A stretch of 64,000 nucleotides of DNA from Eledone cirrhosa (taxonomy: Eukaryota): positions 47,306,001 through 47,370,000 of the forward strand of contig OZ024745.1 of NCBI GenBank assembly GCA_964016885.1, read 5' to 3'. Position numbers and translations under genes: made by a program. Positions 15,520 through 30,933 of the stretch are shown here, piece after piece; within the stretch, counting starts at the first letter, position 1; the number at the start of each line of letters is the position of its first letter. The notes under the pieces are model-generated. The model ran no database searches. It was not told the origin of the DNA and was given only the letters and a program-made list of their open reading frames with translations.

Positions 15520-15657
15520 ATGTAGATAAATCTACCAAGAGTTTACGGTAGTGTCCAATCCGTATGAAGAACTCAATGTATTCCGGATATCATGGAAAGA
15601 AGAGATGTAATGAAAATCCACTTTCGGTGAAAGATAAACGGTATACAGAGTCAAGAT
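15520..15657 (-). other. Structured ~138-nt tail following the 5' pseudo-LTR; the source of the inverted termini at 6328-6454 and 18545-18696
   Basis: Three copies in the window; on the sense strand it ends in the hairpin GTAGA-TTTA-TCTAC. Confidence 0.85.
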
Positions 15658-16686
15658 AAAATATTAAACAAATAATGAACAAACAATTCCTTATATTACA
15701 CAAAAAAAGTTCACTATTTAACGATCGTTTCTAGGGTATATATGTGTTATAATTGGTATGCATATTCAACAGATCTATGTACAAAATTATACAAAATTAT
15801 ACAAATTATCAAGATTAAATATACATACCTAACTCATATATACGCCGTCTTCAGAAATAATGAAGTATATTTATTGATAATAACAACAATTCAAAATATC
15901 AGTTCAAAATTGACCAATGAAAACACAAAGGGTTAAAAGCAGTTTGGTGTGTGTATATACATGTAAAAACCTTATACATATTTTACAATAATGTGTGTAT
16001 AATTTGTATGTGCATACTAAAAAGATGGATGCAAACACAAAATTTCAAGGTTAATATCTCTGTAAGCTTAATGCGCTGATAAGATGCGCAATGATACTTA
16101 TGGAGTCAAGCATATAAATATATTTTTTTCATACTCACACATATCAGTATAATCACACATACATGCGCGTATATGCATAAATATACACATAACCACGAAC
16201 ATACAAACACACACACTCCCCCACTCACATTTATATATGTGGATATAAAATCATAAGCAAATAGAAATTAAGTCACTCACATAAAATACTGGCACACACA
16301 TTTCAAGATCAAGATACAGAAATTAGGTGGGAGGGGGGGGAGGGGTCAGTATTAGATTGTCAGACCAGACTGCCTAATATAAATGTATCTATAAATTAAG
16401 AAAAATAAAAAAATAAAAACAATAAAATATAATAAATATAATATAATGTACATACACATACAGATATACATACACATACATACATGTACGCGCACATAGA
16501 GATATTTACGCATACACACATACACACATACCTATACAGTCATACACACACATACATTTACACGAACATACACATACACATATAAAAAGATATATATACA
16601 CACACACACACACGCAACACATACACACATACACATATATATAAAAAATAGATAATAAAGATATATATCCATATATATATATATAT

Positions 16687-16741
<55 letters not shown>

Positions 16742-16830
16742 TATACACATACATACCCATACATCTAAATATACATACACATACATACACACATACATGT
16801 ATATACATGTACATACATATACGCACATCG

Positions 16831-16884
<54 letters not shown>

Positions 16885-17224
16885 TCACATAGACATAAAG
16901 ATACATACACACACAACTTACATACACACGCATATACATATATATATATATATATAGATGTACCTTCATACATAGAATTAGATATATAATCATACATACA
17001 TATGCACCTACTTATACTCATATAAATAAATACATACGCTTCCATATATGTGTATACACATAAAAAACAATACCACCTCACCAAACCCAGACATACAAAT
17101 GAAAATAATAATAAAAAAACGCATATGTATATACATACACACACGCATTAATAGAGATATATATATATACACACATACATACACACACATATATATACAT
17201 ACACATACACATACATACACATAC

Positions 17225-17281
<57 letters not shown>

Positions 17282-17609
17282 TAGACTCATATATATATAT
17301 ACATATACATATATATATATAAACATATATATCCACACACTCATACCACCATAAATACACATACAAACACCCACATGTATATATATATATATATATATCC
17401 ACATACACACACGTACACATATATATATATATATATATACACATACATATATATATATACACACACATAAAAAACAGACATGCACATATATATATATATA
17501 TATATATTTCATTACTCTTATATATACACATAGTATATATACATACACAACCTCACTTATACACATATACACATAAGTTATATTACAATAATAATAAAGA
17601 ATAATATAC

Positions 17610-17664
<55 letters not shown>

Positions 17665-17754
17665 TACATACATACACATACATACATACACATAAATATA
17701 TACATACATAAATACACACATACGAATAAAGACATATATTCACACATAGACACC

Positions 17755-17785
<31 letters not shown>

Positions 17786-17786
17786 C

Positions 17787-17837
<51 letters not shown>

Positions 17838-18547
17838 ACACACACACACACACACAGACACACATACACACTCACATATATATATATATATATGTGTATG
17901 TGAGTGTGCGCACATACACATATATACACATACACATACAAACACACACAAACACATACATATGCATACGTGCACACACACACACATATATCACATAGAT
18001 ACGAAGATAAACATATAAATAGAGAGACATACAAATATATACACAACACATATACACATACATACAAACACGCATATACATATACATACATATATACACA
18101 TATATATATTCCTATATACAAGCATACACATACATACACATATATACATATACATACACATATACATACCACACATTCACATACACATACATATATAATA
18201 CATATATATACATATATATACATACATATGTATGTACAATCATATATACACACTCAATCTTACATTCATATTTACATGCTCATATATGTATTTTTATATT
18301 TAGAAATAAATACCAAAACCTATATAGACACCCACCTACATATATATTCATACATATACGCTTACAAATACAGATGATAATAGTATGGGGGAAAGGGGGG
18401 GTTTGGAGAAGGGGATCAAAGTAAATATATGTTTCAAGAAACATATAATATTTTCCGTATCTTAATTCAATGTATGTTCTTACATATTTTCAGTGCTAGG
18501 AAATACGAAATCTATGCATCTCAAAACAAAAAAGTATACCATTAATC
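15658..18547 (-). repeat. 5' pseudo-LTR of the Penelope-like element
   Basis: Direct repeat of 9016-11912. Confidence 0.9.
15710..15864 (-). ncRNA. Hammerhead ribozyme copy 3
   Basis: The minus strand reads TTCATTATTT-CTGAAGA-stem II-GAAA-CGATCG-TT-AAATAGTGAA. The A>G change in stem I keeps pairing as G-U. Confidence 0.8.
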
Positions 18548-18696
18548 TTGACTCTGTATACCGTTTATCTTTCACCGTTTATCTTTCACCGAAAGTGGAT
18601 TTTCATTACATCTCTTCTTTCCATGATATCCGGAATACATTGAGTTCTTCATACGGATTGGACACTACCGTAAACTCTTGGTAGATTTATCTACAT

Positions 18697-22957
<4,261 letters not shown>

Positions 22958-22958
<1 letters not shown>

Positions 22959-23570
22959 GTATGTCAGGTCACCAGTTGGTGCTACTGGTAACATGTATCC
23001 CAGTACAACCTGTCTCATGGTCGGGTCGTTGGCGACTAAACTGGCAACCCCACCAAGGTTTCTTGGTGAGGAGGGTGACTTTGGACATCCTGCAGGACTA
23101 AAAACAAAACCTGTCAAAGGGCAAAGGAGCTCTTAAGAGTCAATGGCCTTCCAAAATCACCGGGAGAGATGACCCCTTAGCCTTTGTCAAGGCAGAATTC
23201 TAGGAGAAGGAAAACTCTGATATAACACCTGCAACCCTGATGGTATCCAATGATGTTGACTTGTTCTTCTTTTTGGTAAATATCATCTTGGTTAAGAGAG
23301 TGGGACTGGCTTTGTGCAATGCCTTTGCTCACTATAAAAGCTTCACGGCACAGGCATTGCTTTATATCTGGAGATCTCTCTGCACTTGTCATCACATGGT
23401 ACCATGGGCCCAGCACTGTGTGTCAATAATTGTCACAGGTGTAGTGTTTGTACCAGAGTTTTCAAGTCGCTGGCTGGACTCAAAAGTCACACTCGTTCAG
23501 CGCATCGGTAGGGGTTCTCCTACATGGATATAAAGTAGTGGCCGTACTCGAAAACGAGTTGGCAGCCACC
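22958..23570 (+). mobile_element. Non-autonomous RTE-related short element inserted in (TA)n
   Basis: No RT ORF. The 3' end TGGCCGTACTCGAAAACGAGTTGGCAGCCACC matches the RTE 3' end at 5075-5106. A second partial copy lies at 28996-29250. Confidence 0.8.
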
Positions 23571-23977
23571 ATATATATGTATATATATATGCATATATAT
23601 ATATGTATATATATATGCATATATATATATGTATATATATATGCATATATATATATGTATATATATATGCATATATATATATGTATATATATATGCATAT
23701 ATTTACATGTATATATATATGCATATATTTACATGTATATATATATGCATATATATATATATGTATATATATATGTATATATATATGTATATATATATGC
23801 ATATATATATATGCATATATATATATATATGCATATATATATATATATATGCATATATATATATGCATATATATATATATGCATATATATATATATATAT
23901 ATGCATATATATATATATATATGCACATATATATATGCATATATATATATGCATATATATATATGTATTTATATTTA

Positions 23978-24052
<75 letters not shown>

Positions 24053-24110
24053 CGTATATATATGTGTGTGTGTGTATAAATGTGTGTATATATATGTATA
24101 TAAGATATGC
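23571..24110. repeat. Mixed (TA)n/(TC)n/(TG)n microsatellite
   Basis: Read directly. Confidence 0.95.
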
Positions 24111-24517
24111 ATGTGTATGTATATATTATATTGATTTGTATCCCGTATCTGTCGTCTTTTGTTCTTATGAATTAAAAAAAAACAAGCTGCTGTTTAATTT
24201 GTATGTCCAGTTAAATGGAAAGCTTTACACCTCTGCATATCCAATAAACGAACCTACTCTCATCCGTTTACATGTAATTCATTGTACGAAATCCTAACAC
24301 CCCCCCATCCCCCGCCTTATCAATTGATTGAAGGAACCGCTTAAGTTTGTTACGATTAAAAACTGCGAATTACATTTTGCTTCCAGCCCTCCTCCTATTC
24401 CATAATATTGGAAAGTTCGTGAAATTATTTGCTTCGAACGCTGTCTCTTTTATAGTATCTGTTGGCTTAGTTTTAACTTAATTTGTATTTGTAATTTTAA
24501 TTGAATTTGAATAGAAT

Positions 24518-24695
24518 AATTGTTTCTACTTTTGGCACAAGGCCAGCAAATACCCAGTGCATTACTGGTACTTTATTTTATCGACCCCGTAAGGATGAAA
24601 GGCAAAGTTAACATCAGCGGGATTTGAACTCAGAATGGCAAGGGCCGTAACTCTATGCATCAAAGCATGGCGTCCGACCCTCTACCGGTACTGCC
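24518..24695 (-). mobile_element. tRNA-derived SINE (family A, Nin/Deu-like centre GCCTTTCATCCTTACGGGGTCGATAAA)
   Basis: Reverse complement of the copies at 36580, 37183, 53914 and 59346. Confidence 0.85.
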
Positions 24696-24792
24696 CTTTA
24701 GATAATATTTACTAAATATTTGAATGGATTGAAATGAAACAGGCGCTGTATATTTACATGAGTAAAGTGTGTAACAGACACAATACAGTGTG

Positions 24793-25166
24793 TTTACAGA
24801 AATATGAGCTTATAGATATTATTCCCAAATAATATTACAAAAAGAAGAGGAAAAAAAGGAAAACACACACGGACACACAAGCAGGCAATACAAACACCTT
24901 GGACCACATACATCAAAAGGCAAGCGAAAGGGGTGGCCAAATGAACTGTTGCCAGAACCAAAAATAACGATATCGCGAGGAGCACTGGAAAACCTCGCTA
25001 ATAATTTTTGAGGTAAGCCAGCACGCTCGCTGCGTTATCTCGGGTGATGGCGAGGCTGATACGCTGGAACAGCCAAGCGCCTTCATAAGCATCACCAATT
25101 ACTTTGGTTAGGCGAGCCGCCAGTGATGACAAGAACCTCGCACTTAGCAGTCCAACTCCCCCAAAC
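24793..25166 (-). mobile_element. 3' fragment of a CRE-clade-like non-LTR retrotransposon
   Basis: The minus frame reads ...AWLFQRISLAITRDNAASVL, resembling the conserved QR(I/L)S(L/I)AxQRGNA C-terminus of CRE restriction-like-endonuclease ORFs, followed by a short UTR. Confidence 0.65.
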
Positions 25167-26417
25167 GTCTCTCTCTCTCTCTCTATATATATATATAAAT
25201 GAAAGGTATAGAAAGTATTGTAGCAAGAAGCCAACAGTATTCCATAATATATATATATATAAAATCATCGTTTAACGTCCATTTTCTACGCTACTGTATT
25301 TGTTTTTAGAATAGAAGTAAGTGTACAGGAATGAATTTTATTTCTACTTTTATATCAACACATCAAAACCGAATTGTTTACATAGATGTACAAATTCATA
25401 CATTTACATATCTATGTCTTCTTTAGAACGTATCTTTAAACTTGAACAGCGATCTAATGCACCGTTCTAATTATAAAGGTATTTGATGCTTCTTTTCCTG
25501 CAGCGAAAAGTAATTAATCTTCTTTAACGTTTAATCTATTTCCTGACAGGTTAAAACATTGTATAAGCTTTCTGTTTTTTTTTTTTTTACGTGTTTAAAA
25601 TTAGTTTTAAACAAATGCAGAATCGGTTTAGTGTCATGTTTAGTTACATATTTAGTTACATATTTAAACCATTCTACTTACACACTCCTTTATTTCATTA
25701 CTAAAGAATGTTAGCTTTTAACCCACCTGAAACTGACCCTGGTTCTATCATACAAAACTGTTTGTATTCAAATGTAAAACTTATTTGCAAATGTTATGTG
25801 TGCTTAGTTCTTGGATACTTTCAAAAGTAATTGAGGTATTTCATTAGAAATATGGCATATCTATGCTACCCATAGACCTTTAACTTCTTACGGAGTTATG
25901 AGGTGGGTGCTTAATCTAGTTGAGTTTCATCCCTCCTATGGTCTGAACACAGCCAATTTTTTCTAGAGAAGAACGAGACAGAGTAAGGAAGAGATATAGA
26001 AGACGAATCAACGCCAGTATTGAACTGGTATTTTATTGATATCAGAAAGATGAAAGACAAGTTGACCTTATGATTTGCACTCAGAGCACAGAAAGGCCAG
26101 TACAAATATTGCAAAGGTTTCTATCCTATGTGTTAATGACTCTACCAATTTACCACCTTAGAAATATGATCACAAAAGGGTCAGAGTTATTAATTAAAAA
26201 TTTGATAATATAAGCAAGGGTAGGCAGAAAATTGAGTAGCATGCGTTGCTGTATTCTTTCCAGTTCTGTACTCTGGGTTCAAATTCTTTCGAGACCAACT
26301 TTGCCTTTCATTCTTGAAGTTGATAAAAAATAGATTTCATTGAATGAGAGACAAATCAACTGCTAGAAAGGATAAGAATCCGTTGCATGTTGTACCTATG
26401 TGTTAAAGTTAGTGAAG

Positions 26418-26905
26418 GTACATGGCTTAGTTGTTAGGGTGTTTAGTTCACCATCGTAAGGTCGTGAGTTTGATTCCCTCAGCATGTTCGTGACCTTGAG
26501 CAAGGCACTTATTTCACATTGCTCGAGTCTGTTCAGCTGGTAATAATTAGTTGTATTTGTAATTCAATGGGACAGTCTTGTCACATCCTGTGCCACCCTG
26601 AATATCCCTGAGAACTACGTTAACCCTTTAGCATTTAAACTAGCCATATCTGGCCAGAATACTCTCACCACTTTCTGCTCAAACTGGTCTAAATGGCCAC
26701 TCATACTGATGTTAACGTATTGTTCTCAAAATAAATATTGAAGTCTCGTAGATTTGATATTATGTGGGATAAAGCCTGTTCTGTGAAAATACAATATAGA
26801 GTAATGTGAATGCTAAAGGGTTAAGGGTATACATCTCTAGTGCTACCTGCATGTTAGTTTCACAAGTTGGCTGGTCAGTTCATCAACTGGAAAACTTGTC
26901 AGTGC
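26418..26905 (+). mobile_element. tRNA-derived CORE-like SINE (family B) interrupted by a MITE
   Basis: A-box-like TGGCTTAGTTGTTAGG, B-box-like GAGTTTGATTCC and core CCTTGAGCAAGGCACTT. Related copies near 27160, 39560, 48925, 50265 and 61510. Confidence 0.6.
26620..26824. mobile_element. piggyBac-type MITE
   Basis: TTAA-CCCTTTAGCATT...AATGCTAAAGGG-TTAA: terminal inverted repeats plus a TTAA duplication. Confidence 0.85.
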
Positions 26906-27159
26906 CGACAGAGATCCAATACACAAACCTGTAAAAGTCAGATTTTAGACTACTTGCTTATTGATTGTGAGTTCAGATCTGCTACAGGCATTTCATTTTA
27001 TTTCTGGGCAGAACATTTTATTCTACATTGCCTAGGCTCCTGTAACTCAGATTATCTATGGTAAACTACTGTTGTCCTGCCCAGGAGTCCTCTTGGCTCT
27101 TTGTTGTCTCAATTTATTTGCTACCCACTTTACAGACAATGTCTTTTTTTAGTATTTGG

Positions 27160-27420
27160 CATAATGGTAAGGGTGTTGGACATAAGACCATAATATTGTG
27201 GGTTTGATTCCTGGATTGGGTTGTGTGTTGAGTTCTTGAGCTAAACACTTCATTTATGCTGCTCCAGTATACTCAGCTGAAACTGAGTACCAGCAATAGC
27301 TGGGGTTTAAACCCTGTGATGGACTAGTGTCATGTTCAGGGGGAAGTCTTTTACTCTCAGTTGCTTCACACTACAGAAACCAGGATACGCACCGGCCTGA
27401 TGAGCTTTCAGGCTTGAGAC
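27160..27420 (+). mobile_element. CORE-like SINE (family B variant)
   Basis: tRNA-like head; the body matches 61510-61665 (CTCAGCTGAAA.TGAGTACCAGCAATAGCTGGGG..TGTGATGGACT). Confidence 0.65.
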
Positions 27421-28567
27421 AGATTTTAGGCTTTTGTAGACAGTGTATTTAGGTATTTTATTCCATGTCTTTCTTATCTTAAAACAGTAGGGTGTGATAT
27501 GAAACATCTGGACACTATTTCTGTCAGGCTGAGCAACATTCCACATAGGGGCATGGAATGAAGGGCGAAGATTTATCCCAAGTACTGCCAAGGACATAAC
27601 AACTGGTGCTATGATAAAATGCACTCAGTACACCCTGTAAAGTAGTTGGTGTTAGGAAGGGCATCCAGCATTAGAAACGTTACCAAAAAAAGAGACCATA
27701 TGAATGAGAACTAGTCTTCCAAACCATTTAAGTGGGCAGTAACTGTGAATAGGAATTACCTCAGACTATGATGACCTGTCCAACCCATGCCAGAAGGAAA
27801 AACTTATGAACAATGATGATGATGATGATGATGATGATAATTATGTTATAACTGGGATACGTTTAATAATAAGTTTGATTGATCAGGATTGATTTAAGGC
27901 AAAACAACAACAATAACAACAGCTAGACCTAAGTACTTACTCTTAAACACCTAAGAGACACTATTAGTTAATGATGGCATTAACACACTGTGTGATTCAG
28001 AATAAAGGCATGTGTAGATCTATATACAATTTATTTGTATTACATCTACATATCCTTGACATGCATTTCAAATTAAGTTTCCTGCTTGCATACATGACAA
28101 AACACCTGGAGTAGAATATGATTTCAAAAGATGAGTTAATAGTCCTATGCCTCATCCATTCAGCCATCTCATCTCTACTACATCCCAATACATATAAGGT
28201 CTCCTTTCAATCATAGTTGACCATTGTTTTCACTTAGCAAGTTCCTCTTAAATAGTGAAAACCTAGGCAAGATGTTTTGTGGAAGATGTGCATTTACCAA
28301 TGCATGCAAGTTTCCTCCGCTCTCCACATCACCAATGTTGTCCAATAGAAAGTGAAATGGTGATACAGCTTAGCACCAGTTATTTACCAAACTAGATCAA
28401 CTTGAAATGAAGTGTCTTACTCAAGGACAGACCTCACCTCCTGGTCTGGTAATCACAACCATAACCTTATGATTATGAGTCCAACACCTTAACTACTAGG
28501 CTATATAAATATCTTACTTTTGAGTGAATTCTGTTGTTATAATTCTTATTCAATTTACTTTTTACAG

Positions 28568-28616
28568 CATGTTCATTCGACCAAAGCTGGTTAACATCAT
28601 TGAAACATCCTGCTTG
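28568..28616 (+). CDS. unc-80: unc-80 49-bp coding micro-exon (MFIRPKLVNIIETSCL)
   Basis: tttacag|...|gtgagt splice sites. The peptide matches the UNC80 N-terminal F(L/I)RPKL...SC motif that precedes SFERV, and it joins in phase 0 to 45721. Confidence 0.85.
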
Positions 28617-28995
28617 GTGAGTTACTTTTTTTAACATTTTGGCTATCTTTTGTAAACTTATGTAAACTCTAATGTTTCTCTCATATGATTGATTGTGCGG
28701 TTAAGAAATTTAGTTTACAGTCATATATTTTGGGTTCAATCCTACTGTATGACACTAGTTTTTTTATATTATAATCTCAGACAGACAAATGCCATGGGAG
28801 TGAAATTGATAGATAGAAACTACACAAACCCAAATGTGTGTGTGTATATGTGTGTGCTTGTGTATATATCGGTAACTATATCAGAGTTATCCCAGTTTCC
28901 TGAGTTTCCTTCTCCTAGAAGAATGCCCTGACAAAGGCTAGGGGTCCTTCACTCCCAGTGGTTTAACCGTGCGGTACATGTGTATATACATACAT

Positions 28996-29250
28996 GGTGG
29001 CTGCCAACTCGTTTTCGAGTACGGCCACTACTTTATATCCATGTAGGAGAACCCCTACCGATGCGCTGAACGAGTGTGACTTTTTAGTCCAGCCAGCGAC
29101 TTGAAAACTCTGGTACAAATACTACACTTGTGACAATTATTGACACATAGATATAAAGCAATGCCTGTGCCGTGAAGCTTTTATAGTGAGCAAAGGCACT
29201 GCACAAAGCCACTCCCACTCTCTTAACCAAGATGATATTTACCAAAAAGA
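28996..29250 (-). mobile_element. 5'-truncated copy of the non-autonomous RTE-related element
   Basis: Reverse complement of ~23268-23570, lacking an internal segment of roughly 47 bp. Confidence 0.85.
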
Positions 29251-30334
29251 TACATACATACATACATACATATCATCATCATCAATTTACGTCCGCTTTT
29301 CCCTGCTTGCAAGGGTGGAACAATATATATATATATAGATATATATAGTTATGTAATAAACAACATAAGATAATTATCTTATGTTGGACAATATATATAT
29401 ATATAGTTATGTAATAAACAACATAAGATAATTATCTTATGTTGTTTATTGTTTATTACATAACTAATAAGCTCTGTAGCCTACATAGAGCACTTTTTTT
29501 TCCTGTACCTTTCCGACGGAATTACTTCATATATATATTTATGAAATTAATTTATCCATAATATCAAGATGTAGTTTTACGTAGAACTTCATAATTTGCA
29601 AGGTTGGGATTGACTTAAGTATACTCTGGTAAATTAAATCTAACTTTAAAATACTTCTGAAGAAAGAGTAATATTTTTTTCCTTTTTTATTTAGATTTAT
29701 TTTCACTTATACAATTTACTCATAACAACCTATATGTAACTATTTGTATAATGCATAACATATTTCTCTTGAAACATGTGTAAAGCATTAAAATTGTTTT
29801 AGAACTATGATTCTATCTTTCTATTTGCTTATATATATATATAACAAATCTTATATAGAAATGGCTTCTACAGAACTAGAACTGTTTCATTCGAAGGAAT
29901 TCATTTATATTTATATATAAATAAAGAAACAAAAAATGAATAAACAAGAGGATGTAATAACATAAAGTCGTATAAGTTTCACGCTTGGAGGAAGAAGAGT
30001 AAGTTACATAAGCAATGTATCGGGCAATTACCCTTCATCAGGAAACACATAAGGAAAAGTGCAAAGAAAGTTTAAAATTAAAAAGTTTGTTTAAAGTATA
30101 ATTAGAAAGAAAAAAAAAAAAGAAAAAGGGAGAGGAGCAACTAGAAGGGTTGCTGTCAGAAAGGGCATATGGCAATAAAACATAGCCTCAAAAAATGCCA
30201 TCCAACCCATGCTAGCATGGAAAAGTTGTGACTGGTATCTATTATCAGCTGAGCAGACTTAGTAGTATGACATTATTGCAAAGTTTGAACTCCTGACATG
30301 TTCAGTAAGTCCAGATACTATAGCTGATTATAAT

Positions 30335-30516
30335 AATTGTTTCTACTTTAGGCACAAGGCCAGCAATTACCCAGTGCATTACTGGTACTTTATTTTATCG
30401 ACCCCGTAAGGATGAAAGGCAAAGTCAACGTCGGCGAGATTTGAACTCGGATCGTAAAGGGACGTAACTATGCTGGAAAGCATGGCGTCCGACCCTCTAC
30501 TGATACTGCCAATCCA
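30335..30516 (-). mobile_element. SINE family A
   Basis: Full reverse-complement match to the 37183-37370 copy. Confidence 0.85.
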
Positions 30517-30933
30517 ATAATGGTTTCTAATTTAGCTATTTTACGGGCGATCTGTCGATTTTGAGAATGTAAGCAATACTTGTCTTTTCTTCTATCCGTA
30601 GTCTTCTCAATAAGCAGTATTTTAAACTCTTATTTATGCCAGTCTAAAATTCAAATTCTCCATTTTCCTCTCTGATTTTCAATTATTATTTTACATGTTT
30701 TTAATATGTCTCAATCTGTTGGACCCTTCCTAAAAACTAACCTTCTCCTAAAGTTACCCATTTCCCGTCCACTCCCACTCACCACCATTGCTATATGGTC
30801 CAATCATAACTCAGCGGCTTTAGTAAGTTCTCTAACAAATCAGTGTAGCAAAGCTACCACCTCGGTTACTACTCCTTAAGTTTAGACCTGTTTGATGGGT
30901 TGACTGCGGAAATTTGAAAAGTCTAAGCACTCA

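Larger units (their letters stand above)
9016..18696 (-). mobile_element. Full-length Penelope-like retroelement (C-terminal GIY-YIG, Hydra-clade-like) with direct pseudo-LTRs and an inverted terminal segment
   Basis: Intact RT-GIY-YIG ORF. Direct repeats at 9016-11912 and 15658-18547. Segment 15520-15657 is repeated in inverted orientation at 18545-18696. There is a hammerhead in each pseudo-LTR and both termini lie in (TA)n. Confidence 0.9.

Noticed and set aside
15520-15657. Hammerhead in the PLE tail (ATGAAGA...GGAAAG on the plus strand)
   Set aside because: It lacks C3, has no supporting stems and is antisense to the element.
30015-30045. Minus-strand CTGATGA-AGGG-TAATTG-CCC-GATA hammerhead-like core (similar relic at ~38895-38920 on the plus strand)
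   Set aside because: The GAAA core is mutated and stems I and III are not supported; at most dead relics.
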